DNA of 37,879 bases from Candidatus Altiarchaeota archaeon (GCA_016931955.1 JAFGDV010000023.1:1-37879), one strand, 5' to 3'; positions 1 through 8,627 are shown, counted from the first letter of the stretch. The notes: generated from the sequence alone by a model not told the origin. Numbers and translations: made by a program.

Positions 1-33
1 ACCTTGCGCTTGCACCTCCTTTGTTTTTGACAT
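1..33 (-). CDS. 5' end of a CDS running off the left edge (MSKTKEVQAQG...)
   Basis: CAT at 31-33, open frame to position 1, 18 nt downstream of the 52..627 gene on the same strand; only 11 codons visible. Confidence 0.45.
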   Translation of the reverse strand, partial: MSKTKEVQAQG

Positions 34-51
34 TTTAGTGTGTTTGTAAGT

Positions 52-627
52 TCATACCACACCCTTTAGGGTGTGGTTGTTGATTTTCTTTATTTTTTGG
101 ATTTCGTGTTCGTCCAGTTTTTCGGAGTATATTATCCTCAGGTGTTTGGCGTCTTCAAGGTCTTTGTCGGATTTCAGGTGTTCTTCTTTGAAGGCTATGT
201 TGGCTTCTATGCTTGAAAAATACACATCTAATCCAGTTAAAGGTATTTTTGTCCGGGTTTTTAGTTGGTATTCGTCTAATGCGTCTTTGGCTAGTTTTAG
301 CTCCATTTCTGGTATGAATTTTCCTTTTTTCACGAACCTTATGCTGCTATTCTCTGTGAGGTATTCGTCATAGACTTTTTCGGGTTTGCCGGGCTGTATG
401 CACTCAAATCCTCCTTTCTCTAAGTCGTGGTAGAGTTCTGTGAATTCTTCTCTGGTTATCCGCTCTATCACTACGTCGATGTCTTCTGTTCCTCGGCTTC
501 TGCCGTGTGCTATGGCTACGAATCCAGACACTATGATGTATTTGCAGTGTTTTTCCAGGATCTTGGTGAAGTCTTCTGTGAACTCATCTAGCAGCGTCTT
601 GTCGCTTACGGATCTGTCCGCGCTCAT
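52..627 (-). CDS. nucleotidyltransferase-fold protein (DUF6036/AbiEii-like)
   Basis: YIIVSGFVAIAHGRSRGTEDIDVVI matches the G-x-A...R-x-T-x-D-x-D NTase signature; C-terminal K...KDLED motif. Confidence 0.7.
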   Translation of the reverse strand: MSADRSVSDKTLLDEFTEDFTKILEKHCKYIIVSGFVAIAHGRSRGTEDIDVVIERITREEFTELYHDLEKGGFECIQPGKPEKVYDEYLTENSSIRFVKKGKFIPEMELKLAKDALDEYQLKTRTKIPLTGLDVYFSSIEANIAFKEEHLKSDKDLEDAKHLRIIYSEKLDEHEIQKIKKINNHTLKGVV

Positions 628-645
628 GATTAGATATTGACTTAA

Positions 646-882
646 AAAGAATTAAAGAAAACCATATGCCGAGGGCGGACAACTGTAGGGGATAGAAACG
701 CCTGCACGAACACAGTCGATTATACAGATGAAAGCGCAGTAGCGCCTAACAAATGCCAATACACTTGCTCGGAACCCTGGCCACCAGGAGGCATATCTGT
801 GCCTGAGTCCCTCGGAGTGTTGGCTGTGATTATGTTGACTGCGTCAGGGTTCGTGTACCTGATAGCGAGAAGAAGGGGGTAA
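646..882 (+). pseudogene. orphan 3' fragment of a surface-protein gene with a PEF/PEP-CTERM-like sorting tail
   Basis: Frame open 646-882 with no ATG ahead of the VPE motif; reads ...CQYTCSEPWPPGGISVPESLGVLAVIMLTASGFVYLIARRRG* (VPE + TM helix + basic tail). Confidence 0.65.
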
Positions 883-987
883 CTTCTCCTCTTTCCCTTA
901 TCCTTATTTTATGTTTAACTGTATCAAGCCAGAAACCGCCTTTTATTGAACTGATTCTATTGAGTAAATACGGGAGGTGGTTGTTAG

Positions 988-1143
988 ATGACCGATAGAC
1001 GTACTAGTGTGGGTTTTCTCAGGAAGCAGGTATCTGAGTTCATCAAGGAACGGGACTGGGAGCGGTTTCATAATCCTAAGGATTTGGCTGTCTCGATTAG
1101 TATTGAGGCGGCTGAGTTTTATTGTCGCGTACTAAAGATATAA
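988..1143 (+). pseudogene. truncated MazG-like (DCTPP1-type) nucleotide pyrophosphohydrolase
   Basis: MTDRRTSVGFLRKQVSEFIKERDWERFHNPKDLAVSISIEAAE then similarity is lost (FYCRVLKI*); SD-like GGGAGGTGG at 972-980; not in the ORF track. Confidence 0.75.
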
Positions 1144-1228
1144 TAATTGGGGACTAGAGTTGGATAGGTGTATGAATTGTTGATATACCTAAAAGGCGAG
1201 AAATTAATATACCTAATGGTGTTTTGAG

Positions 1229-2584
1229 ATGTATGTTGACGCTGATATAGGGATAGATGAAGAAAAGATAAAATCTTCTGGTGAAATCCTGTCTATATTT
1301 GACAAGAAGGAGATAGATGGGGGGTGGTCCTTTGCTGAATATAAGCCTTCAGACACAGGCAAATGGAGTCATAATTATCATCGATATCCGGCTAAATTTA
1401 TTCCACAGTTAGTGGAAAAATTAATCGGCGAATACGTATCCTCTGAGGAAGCTCATGTAAATGATCCTTTTTATGGTTGTGGGACAACTATCGTTACTGC
1501 AATTTCTAGGGGATTAAAGGCAAGTGGGACTGACATTAACAGGATAGCCTATTTAATGACTAAGGTAAAATCAACGCCAATAGACCCAAGATATCTTGAC
1601 AAAAAAATAAATGACTTCTTAGCTAGCATAAAGAATTTGGATGATTCTCAGACACTATTAGATACTAAAAACATCGAACCTTTAATTCCAGAAAGGCAGA
1701 TTGAAAGAATCAATTACTGGTTTACAGAAGAAAATAAAACGAAGCTTGGTAGAATCCTAAGGATTATTCGTGAAGAAAACGACGAAAAAATAAGAGACCT
1801 TCTTACAGTTGCTTTTAGTCATATCCTCAAGAGTTGTTCTATATGGCTTCAAGGAAGCACGAAACCAACTCGGGATCCGAAAAAGAGACTTATTGATCCC
1901 TGTGTTGCTTTGAGAAGACATTTGAAGAAGATGCAGAGGGGGAATAGTGATTTCTACAAAGTTGTTCCATCAAATGTTCGAGAAAATCTTGGTGAATACC
2001 TTAATATCAAAATTGGCGACGCAAAGAAGCAACCTGTTGCAAATAGGAGTGTTGATTTGATAGTGACTTCAAGCCCTTATGTTACAAGCTATGAGTATGC
2101 AGACTTGCACCAGTTATCAACTGTTTGGCTTGACTTAGCTGAGGATTTAACCGAATACAAGAAGGAATTTATTGGAACCTCCTATAAGAGTTATAGCGAT
2201 AAAGAACTGAAAAGTAAGATTGCTGTAGACATAGTCAATAAAATGCTTGAAAGGAATCAAAAAATGGCAAAGGAAGTCGAGGCTTTTTTCATAGACTTGG
2301 AAGCAGTTTTTGATGAAAGTTTTAGGATTTTGAAGCCCGGAGGTAGATGCTGTTATGTTATTGGCGATACCAAGTTGAAGGGAGTAAATATACTGAACGC
2401 TGAGGTCTTTGCTGAGAGTTTGCAATATTCTGGATTTAGGCTTGATAGGGCTATAAAGAGGGAGATACCCTCCAAGATACTTCCTCAGAAGAGGGATGAG
2501 AAAACAGGTAGATTTGCCAATAATCATAATGCAAACTCGGAGGCTTATCCTGTTGAGTATATTGTAATTGGATTAAAGGAGTGA
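1229..2584 (+). CDS. DNA amino-methyltransferase (probably N4-cytosine) of a type II R-M system
   Basis: HNYHRYPAKF, motif I DPFYGCGTT, motif IV-like VTSSPY, RILKPGG; adjacent to an endonuclease gene. Confidence 0.88.
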   Translation: MYVDADIGIDEEKIKSSGEILSIFDKKEIDGGWSFAEYKPSDTGKWSHNYHRYPAKFIPQLVEKLIGEYVSSEEAHVNDPFYGCGTTIVTAISRGLKASGTDINRIAYLMTKVKSTPIDPRYLDKKINDFLASIKNLDDSQTLLDTKNIEPLIPERQIERINYWFTEENKTKLGRILRIIREENDEKIRDLLTVAFSHILKSCSIWLQGSTKPTRDPKKRLIDPCVALRRHLKKMQRGNSDFYKVVPSNVRENLGEYLNIKIGDAKKQPVANRSVDLIVTSSPYVTSYEYADLHQLSTVWLDLAEDLTEYKKEFIGTSYKSYSDKELKSKIAVDIVNKMLERNQKMAKEVEAFFIDLEAVFDESFRILKPGGRCCYVIGDTKLKGVNILNAEVFAESLQYSGFRLDRAIKREIPSKILPQKRDEKTGRFANNHNANSEAYPVEYIVIGLKE

Positions 2585-3273
2585 TGGATGTGAATTTTGA
2601 AGATTTGAAACAACTGTATCTTAAAAAACGAGAACAAAAAGGGGATGTTGTATATAGAAGTATTTCGGAATTACTGAAAGAAGCGAAGGTGATGCATAAG
2701 AGAGATTGGTTGGAGCATCCAACCCCAAATAGGGACCATGAACAAAGTTGGCGTGCATTTAAAGGGAAAAATTTGGAGAAATTAGTTCAATTTATTATAA
2801 CTGAAGAGGTTGAAAAACTTGGGCTAAAGGTGGTTAATGGTAATAAATTGGAAAAATCAACGAATTTATCGAAAGAACTAAGTCAGGTTAAGAGAAACTT
2901 GGCTATTGATTATGGCGAATTTGGCTTGCATTTACCGGATGTTGATATCATCATCTATGATCCTAAAAATTATAAGGTATTAGCTGCGATTTCAAGTAAG
3001 GTTACTCTGCGAGAAAGAATTGCCCAAACAGGTTATTGGAAACTTAAACTTCTTCAGGATGGAGCTACAAAACATATCAGGGTTTATTTTATTACACCCG
3101 ATGAGGATGGTACATTAACTTTTAAAAAACCGACGAAGAAAGGCAGAGCTATTGTAGAAGTAGACACAGATGGAAGTTATGTAATGTCTGAAGAGGAAAT
3201 TGAGGAAAGCAATAAAGTAAAAATGTTTGATAAATTTATTGAGGATTTAAAGAGGCTAGTGAATGATAGATGA
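2581..3273 (+). CDS. type II restriction endonuclease, CCGG family (BsaWI-like)
   Basis: QSWRAFKGKNLEKL, PDVDIIIY and SSKVTLRERIAQ (K-x-x-L-R-E-R of CCGG-family REases); overlaps the MTase stop. Confidence 0.8.
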   Translation: MMDVNFEDLKQLYLKKREQKGDVVYRSISELLKEAKVMHKRDWLEHPTPNRDHEQSWRAFKGKNLEKLVQFIITEEVEKLGLKVVNGNKLEKSTNLSKELSQVKRNLAIDYGEFGLHLPDVDIIIYDPKNYKVLAAISSKVTLRERIAQTGYWKLKLLQDGATKHIRVYFITPDEDGTLTFKKPTKKGRAIVEVDTDGSYVMSEEEIEESNKVKMFDKFIEDLKRLVNDR

Positions 3274-3946
3274 CAAACCCATTTTGCACCCAACTACTCT
3301 CTGGGATTTTCCTAAACAAAGTTACGGAAAAACTCCAAAAGGTGATTGGAAATTTAATGGCGTCACCCCTGCAGGAGCTATTTACAACCTTATCTTGAGA
3401 TACACAAAACTTAGTGATTTAGTCGTAGATCCGATGTGTGGAAGCGGTACGACAATAGATGTCTGTAAAGAGGAGGGTAGAAAGGTTATTGGCTATGATA
3501 TAGAACCCACAAGGTCTGACATTATCCGAAATGATGCGAGGAAGATACCCTTGTCCGATAACCATGTGGATATGGTTTTTATCGATTCGCCTTATGGGGA
3601 TAATGTTAATTACTCAGATAACCCGAATTGCATCGGTAAAATATCCTGTGAGACGGAAGAGTTTTATCAAGAATTGGAAAAAGTTGCTAAAGAGGCATAT
3701 AGAATCCTGAAACCAGGTAAGATTATTGCTTGGATTATTGGTGATCATTGGAGAAAGAAATCAGGATTTATACCCGTTGGATTTAGAGTCCATCAAATGC
3801 TTGAAAAATACTTTCAACCTGTTGATATAATATGTTTAATAAGACGGAATCAGAGATCAAACACGAACGCATGGGAGCAAAGGGCAATAAAATATAATTT
3901 TTATTTGCGGGGATTTAAACATTTATTTATAATGAAGAAACCCTAA
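3263..3946 (+). CDS. second, short N4/N6 methyltransferase
   Basis: DPMCGSGTT motif I, FIDSPY motif IV variant, RILKPG; overlaps the REase 3' end. Confidence 0.8.
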   Translation: MIDDKPILHPTTLWDFPKQSYGKTPKGDWKFNGVTPAGAIYNLILRYTKLSDLVVDPMCGSGTTIDVCKEEGRKVIGYDIEPTRSDIIRNDARKIPLSDNHVDMVFIDSPYGDNVNYSDNPNCIGKISCETEEFYQELEKVAKEAYRILKPGKIIAWIIGDHWRKKSGFIPVGFRVHQMLEKYFQPVDIICLIRRNQRSNTNAWEQRAIKYNFYLRGFKHLFIMKKP

Positions 3947-3960
3947 GAAACTAAATCGAG

Positions 3961-4221
3961 ATGACACTAAAAACAGTTAGACGAAAGGAGAGATATATAC
4001 CCGAGGAGACCAAAAAATTTAAAGAAAAGATAAGAGGGAGCATACAAGTTGGGTATCCAAGCTGTCATGGTAATAATCCTGACCCGGATAGAAACTGTCC
4101 GCCTTTGGATGAAATTAATCGTTGGTTAACTGAGAATAAAATAAAATCTAAAAAGCCCCCTGTGCATCTCATGCCTGCCAACTGGGAATGCAAAACATGT
4201 ATTTATCTGGATGATAGTTGA
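3961..4221 (+). CDS. small hypothetical protein, possible metal binder
   Basis: 86-aa ORF co-oriented with the R-M operon; CH...C...H...CKTC. Confidence 0.55.
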   Translation: MTLKTVRRKERYIPEETKKFKEKIRGSIQVGYPSCHGNNPDPDRNCPPLDEINRWLTENKIKSKKPPVHLMPANWECKTCIYLDDS

Positions 4222-4312
4222 GTTGGATATAAATCATTACAACCTTTGATTAATCTAAAAGCCTGTGCTAAGATAGAGAGGAAGACGGGAAAAAGGGATG
4301 GAGGGATAAAGT

Positions 4313-4732
4313 ATGACAAATTTGATTCTAGAACGGGAGTGGAAGACCATAGACTATGAATTATTTGAAAACAAACCGGATAGTGCACCTTTTTCGGAGG
4401 ACATCATAAAAAGAAGAGAACTGCTTTTGATTGCTCAATGCCTGCTTTCAGATTACAGAGCAGCGAAGATCCTCAAAGACAAAGAAACAATAGGAGGACT
4501 CTACCGAGCAACCATGGATCTGTACTCTGACTGGGGACATTATGATGCAATCAAAAAGAATTACTCACAAAGCGAGGCAGGAAAGCGATATTTTATCAAG
4601 ATGTATGAAACGGCTGTTGCCAATAACGACAGGAAAATGATCAACTTCTGTAAGTCAGTATTCGACGCCTATAACCATTTTGGGATTAATGGACACATAC
4701 TCCGACCCAACGGCAAAAGAAAAAGAACCTAA
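4313..4732 (+). CDS. hypothetical protein
   Basis: 139-aa ORF with GGAGGGA SD-like sequence upstream; no recognised family. Confidence 0.6.
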   Translation: MTNLILEREWKTIDYELFENKPDSAPFSEDIIKRRELLLIAQCLLSDYRAAKILKDKETIGGLYRATMDLYSDWGHYDAIKKNYSQSEAGKRYFIKMYETAVANNDRKMINFCKSVFDAYNHFGINGHILRPNGKRKRT

Positions 4733-4733
4733 A

Positions 4734-4788
4734 GTCTGTCCGAAGTGTAAGAGCCCGCTTCTGGGATGTGCCTAGACGTGAAAAGTAA
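4734..4788 (+). repeat. junction repeat family A, copy 1 (reads VCPKCKSP/FWDVPRREK* with a 1-nt shift)
   Basis: TGTAAGAGCCCGCTTCTGGGA at 4746-4766 is identical to 9031-9051. Confidence 0.75.
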
Positions 4789-4792
4789 AACT

Positions 4793-5329
4793 CTATTTCT
4801 TCGTCAGCTTTTTTCGCCAGAAGTCTTCCGACTCCACCCACAGATTTATTGAGTCTTTCCTGTATCTCACATAGAATACGATCATTGCCCCTGCGACTAT
4901 TAGTGCCGCCTTCCAGTATGCATATGGCATCTCCGTTAAGATCTTGGTGTAATCATTTTTTGGGTCGCCTACTTGGAGAATAAAGTTAAGCAGCAAATCC
5001 AAGAAGGCAGTGTAAGGAATAAGTCTCAGAAATCTGTTCCGCGGTATCCTGAACGCGAATACGGCTAGTATCATTAAGTCCACTAGATAAGGTGCGATCG
5101 TCTTTAGGAACACGAACCCATAAGTTGCACCATAAATGTTTTCACAAGTCGTCGTCGGCTGAAGTTGACTACCAGACAAAGCTATAGACGCATCATACCC
5201 CCACCACACACAGACTAAATAATGCGCAGGCTCATGCACCAAAAAAGCCCACAAACCCCAGGATAGACCGAAAACCAGAACCAAATACGTTACTACGACA
5301 ATCTTAAGCAACGTAGACTTTTGGAGCAT
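4793..5329 (-). CDS. integral membrane protein with HExxH motif (M50-like metallopeptidase)
   Basis: VHEPAHYL after the first TM helix; about 4 hydrophobic segments; downstream KNDY. Confidence 0.6.
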   Translation of the reverse strand: MLQKSTLLKIVVVTYLVLVFGLSWGLWAFLVHEPAHYLVCVWWGYDASIALSGSQLQPTTTCENIYGATYGFVFLKTIAPYLVDLMILAVFAFRIPRNRFLRLIPYTAFLDLLLNFILQVGDPKNDYTKILTEMPYAYWKAALIVAGAMIVFYVRYRKDSINLWVESEDFWRKKLTKK

Positions 5330-5367
5330 TAAACTAAATAACGGAAGCTAAACAAAAAAAACATACA

Positions 5368-5414
5368 GAGAGCCGTATTGGTATGTGCCTGAGAGCATGT
5401 CTTTGATTTTCATG
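5368..5414. repeat. junction repeat, degenerate A copy followed by B copy
   Basis: GAGAGCCGTATTGGTATGTGCCTGA then GAGCATGTCTTTGATTTTCATG, the same order as at 9028-9125 and 9694-9759. Confidence 0.55.
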
Positions 5415-5449
5415 TTTTATTTATAGAGTTCTAAAGATTATTAAATAGG

Positions 5450-6493
5450 ATGGACCGGAAAGACCAGAGAATAGACGAAACATATGCGAACATCAGAAGC
5501 ATACTGGAGACAGCACGAACAAAAGCATACAGAACAATCAACCAAACGATGACGGAAGCCTACTGGAACATAGGCAAAATAATCGTCAAAGAAGAACAAA
5601 AAGGAAAAAAGAGGGCAGAATACGGCAAAAAACTAATCAAAGAACTCGCCAACAGACTCACGAACGACTACGGCAAAGGCTTCACGGAAACCAACCTCAG
5701 ATACATGAGACAATTCTATCTCACCCAACCAAAACATCACGCATTGAGTGACGAATTAACCTGGACACACCACCGCCTCCTCCTAAGAGTAGAGAAACCA
5801 GCAGCCAGAAGCTTCTACCAAATCGAAGCAGAGAAAAACAGGTGGAGCACCCGCGAACTCGAAAGACAGATAAACACACTCCTATACGAAAGAATCGCGC
5901 TCAGCAAAAACAAAGAAACAATTAAAGCACTAGCACAAAGAGGACAGGAGATAGAGAAACCACAGGACGCGATAAAAGACCCCTACGTCCTCGAATTCCT
6001 AGGACTCAAAGAAGACAGAGACTACCTCGAAAAAGACCTTGAGCAGGCACTAATAGACAAACTCCAACAGTTCCTACTCGAACTCGGAAAAGGATTCAGC
6101 TTCGTGGAAAGACAGAAGAGAATAACAGTCGACGCAGACCACTACTATGTAGACCTAGTCTTCTACAACTACATACTCCGCTGCTTCGTACTCATAGACC
6201 TCAAAACAGGAAAACTCACCCACCAAGACATCGGCCAAATAGACTTCTACGTCAGATACTACGAAAAAGAAATAAAACAGGAAAACGACAACCCCACAAT
6301 AGGAATAATACTGTGCGCAGACAAAAACCAGACAATGGTAAAATACACACTACTCCAAGACAGCAGACAAATATATGCGCCCAAATACCAGCTACTGCTA
6401 CCAACCGAAGAAGAACTAAGAAAAGAAATAGACAGAGAAAAAGAACTCATCCAAAGAGAAAAAAACGCCGGCAGACGACGCAGACACGTCTGA
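5450..6493 (+). CDS. YhcG/DUF1016 family PD-(D/E)xK nuclease
   Basis: YWNIGK, WSTRELERQI, KDPYVLEFLGL, FLLELGKGFSFV, VDLVFYN...LIDLKTG, PTIGIILC. Confidence 0.93.
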   Translation: MDRKDQRIDETYANIRSILETARTKAYRTINQTMTEAYWNIGKIIVKEEQKGKKRAEYGKKLIKELANRLTNDYGKGFTETNLRYMRQFYLTQPKHHALSDELTWTHHRLLLRVEKPAARSFYQIEAEKNRWSTRELERQINTLLYERIALSKNKETIKALAQRGQEIEKPQDAIKDPYVLEFLGLKEDRDYLEKDLEQALIDKLQQFLLELGKGFSFVERQKRITVDADHYYVDLVFYNYILRCFVLIDLKTGKLTHQDIGQIDFYVRYYEKEIKQENDNPTIGIILCADKNQTMVKYTLLQDSRQIYAPKYQLLLPTEEELRKEIDREKELIQREKNAGRRRRHV

Positions 6494-6526
6494 GCCATTC
6501 TACTACAACAAAGCGCAGCTATAAGC

Positions 6527-6574
6527 CCTAAATGCAATGAGCCCACAGACTGGGACACGCCGAGGAAAAAGAAA
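6527..6574 (+). repeat. junction repeat family A copy (reads PKCNEPTDWDTPRKKK)
   Basis: GAGCCCACAGACTGGGAC at 6539-6556 matches 7291-7308 at 17/18; CTGGGACACGC is shared with the 9028 copy. Confidence 0.7.
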
Positions 6575-6586
6575 CAGGGGGGGATT

Positions 6587-6772
6587 TTAACGGATGATCT
6601 CTCCTCTAGTTTCTGTCTTATCCCCTTTGTCCTTGATCATACGCCTATAAGTCCACCAAAAAACCACGGCAAAAACAAAATAATTCAATGCCTGATGAAA
6701 CAACCTAAAAACCCAGTTAACAAGATCCATAACCCACATAAGAACATAGTCCATCTTGTCTATCATATACAA
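6587..6772 (-). CDS. small membrane protein
   Basis: 61 aa, hydrophobic core with basic tail; upstream sequence shared with the 7903 gene. Confidence 0.5.
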   Translation of the reverse strand: MYMIDKMDYVLMWVMDLVNWVFRLFHQALNYFVFAVVFWWTYRRMIKDKGDKTETRGEIIR

Positions 6773-6779
6773 GTCTTAC

Positions 6780-6851
6780 AATAAATAACTCGAGTTTTTC
6801 TAGGTTAACTTGACGTAGCCTGGAGGGAGAGGAGGAAGTCTGAGTAGCATG
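6780..6851. repeat. junction repeat family C, copy 1 (upstream of a minus-strand membrane gene)
   Basis: AATAAATAAC...GTTTTTC-TAGGTTAACTTGACGTAGC; core 6801-6819 matches 8119-8137 at 18/19. Confidence 0.7.
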
Positions 6852-6965
6852 CCCTCTGATGTGCCTATTCTTAACGGCCAGGTTATAATGATGAAATACC
6901 TAATATATATTGTGTGCAGCCGGCAAAGATGCTGGCAGCGTGATAAATAAGAGAGGAAAAACAAG

Positions 6966-7115
6966 ATGGCATACAACCTAACAAGTGACAGAACCATGCA
7001 CAAGGTAATCTGCTCTGACTGCGGGAGCGAAGCGGAAGTCCCCTTCAAACCCAGCGGCGACAGACCAGTCTACTGCAAGGAATGTTACAGAAAACACAGA
7101 CCCGAGAGATACTAA
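6966..7115 (+). CDS. CxxC-x17-CxxC zinc-finger protein (49 aa)
   Basis: MAYNLTSDRTMHKVICSDCGSEAEVPFKPSGDRPVYCKECYRKHRPERY*; VPFKP...RPVYC signature; GAGAGG upstream; not in the ORF track. Confidence 0.9.
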   Translation: MAYNLTSDRTMHKVICSDCGSEAEVPFKPSGDRPVYCKECYRKHRPERY

Positions 7116-7287
7116 CAAAAATTATTCTGTTCAGTTAACACACTTTCTTGGTTTGAACTTTCAGCAACATAGCCTTTTTTTCTATGAGCTAAAAGACATC
7201 CAAAAAACGATGGAAAACACAAGCAAACCACTTACTTCTTTTTTTAAGTCAAACAAAAAAACCCCAGCCCCCACTCCAACCAAAAAC

Positions 7288-7320
7288 AAAGAGCCAACAG
7301 ACTGGGACGGGGCGAGGCGG
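7288..7320 (+). repeat. junction repeat family A copy (reads KEPTDWDGARR)
   Basis: GAGCCAACAGACTGGGAC at 7291-7308. Confidence 0.65.
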
Positions 7321-7374
7321 GGGAATTTCCTAGGGATTACAGATTTATTCCTGAAATACCAATAATCTATCAAG

Positions 7375-7623
7375 ATGACGGAAGAGTTGATTTCTATAAG
7401 GATAGAGGAGCTCGAAGAGGGGGGTTATCTGGCAACGAGTGACGAGCTTCCAGGGCTGGTTGCCCAGGGAAGGACGATAGCAGAGACGATGGAGATAGCT
7501 AGGGACGTTGCAAGGAAGCTGATAGAGTCCTATGTGGAACATGGAGATCCAATCCCCTTCAAGCTAAGACATAAAAAGAAGCTGATCTCAGAGCTGAAGA
7601 TTCCCGTCGGGATGGCAGTATGA
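7375..7623 (+). CDS. hicB: HicB family antitoxin
   Basis: IEELEEGGYLATSDELPGLVAQGRTIAETME. Confidence 0.9.
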   Translation: MTEELISIRIEELEEGGYLATSDELPGLVAQGRTIAETMEIARDVARKLIESYVEHGDPIPFKLRHKKKLISELKIPVGMAV

Positions 7624-7847
7624 CCAGACTGAGATCAATGAAGCCCGAGCAAGTCATAAAGAAACTTAAGAAGGCAGGGTTTCAGTTCGACAGACAAGCC
7701 AAGGGAAGCCATGAGATCTGGTATAATCCTATAACGAAGAGGAGAACCACAGTACCCAATCATCCTGGTGTTGACCTGCCCAAGGGGACATTGAAAGCAA
7801 TAATAAGGCAGACAGGTCTGACATTAGAAGAATTTCTTGGATTATGA
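7620..7847 (+). CDS. hicA: HicA family mRNA interferase toxin
   Basis: LKKAGF..RQAKGSHEIW..TTVPNHPGVDLPKGTLKAII; ATGA overlap with hicB. Confidence 0.92.
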   Translation: MTRLRSMKPEQVIKKLKKAGFQFDRQAKGSHEIWYNPITKRRTTVPNHPGVDLPKGTLKAIIRQTGLTLEEFLGL

Positions 7848-7902
7848 AATGTTTGTCCATTGGCGGAATTCAACCTGCTGCCCGGGGAAACGCTGAGTAA
7901 AA

Positions 7903-8073
7903 TCAGTCCTTTCTTAGCACCACCCTATAGAAGTAGTAAGAGAAGAACGCTACAATTGACACAGCAAACAACACCCCACGAGCCTCCAACAAAAAATCCA
8001 AGACAAAACCCACCACCGCGGCGACAAATAACAGGATAAAGTACTTCCTAGAGGGATAGACCCTATGAGCCAT
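7903..8073 (-). CDS. small two-TM membrane protein (56 aa)
   Basis: MAHRVYPSRKYFILLFVAAVVGFVLDFLL...; start moved from 8178 because the upstream part is repeat sequence. Confidence 0.6.
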   Translation of the reverse strand: MAHRVYPSRKYFILLFVAAVVGFVLDFLLEARGVLFAVSIVAFFSYYFYRVVLRKD

Positions 8074-8096
8074 ATTAACTATTACCCTAAACCAAA

Positions 8097-8222
8097 AATA
8101 AATAACAGGGTTTTTCTTTAGGTTAACTTGATGTAGCTGATGAGGGGGTAGGAGACGGGCATGTTCTGTGGTTTTCATGGGGATATATGGGGTTTAGTGA
8201 TTTATAAAATAAGAGATGTAAA
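8097..8222. repeat. junction repeat, C copy 2 fused to a B copy containing a TTTATAAA box
   Basis: 8159-8208 matches 9076-9125 at 47/50; 8191-8222 matches 10442-10473 at 29/32. Confidence 0.8.
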
Positions 8223-8324
8223 GTTCACTTTGAGATAGGGAGAGGAAGAAGGAGAAGCCCCACAAGAACTCGAAGAATAAAACTATTTTTAGAGCCCGGC
8301 GTTGAAATAATATAATGAGACAGA

Positions 8325-8627
8325 ATGGAACAAACAGAAGACTTGGCAGCCGAAATCAGCAGACACCACAACGAAATAAAAGCATACGGTGTCAAAAAAA
8401 TAGGAGTCTTCGGATCATACGCCAGAGGACAACAAAAGAAGAGAAGCGACGTTGACGTATTAGTGGAGTTCCGGAAAGGCCAGAAGACATTCGATAACTA
8501 CATGGACCTAAAAATCCTCCTGGAAAAAAAACTCAAAAAGAAAGTCGACCTAGTCATCAAAGAAGCATTAACCCCCCCACTCAAAAAACACATACTCGCC
8601 GAGGTAAAATATGCACAGAAACCATAA
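8325..8627 (+). CDS. minimal nucleotidyltransferase (MNT/MntA-type antitoxin)
   Basis: FGSYARGQQKKRSDVD = GS-x10-DxD; KKVDLV. Confidence 0.92.
   Translation: MEQTEDLAAEISRHHNEIKAYGVKKIGVFGSYARGQQKKRSDVDVLVEFRKGQKTFDNYMDLKILLEKKLKKKVDLVIKEALTPPLKKHILAEVKYAQKP

Noticed and set aside
6800-7373. Track ORFs 6800-7048(-), 7153-7365(+) and 7182-7373(-)
   Set aside because: The first is antisense to the real Zn-finger gene; the others run through low-complexity intergenic and repeat sequence
8074-8178. N-terminal extension of the 7903 ORF and the 9111-9437(-) ORF
   Set aside because: The extension is read-through of repeats B and C; the 9111 ORF is antisense to the antitoxin
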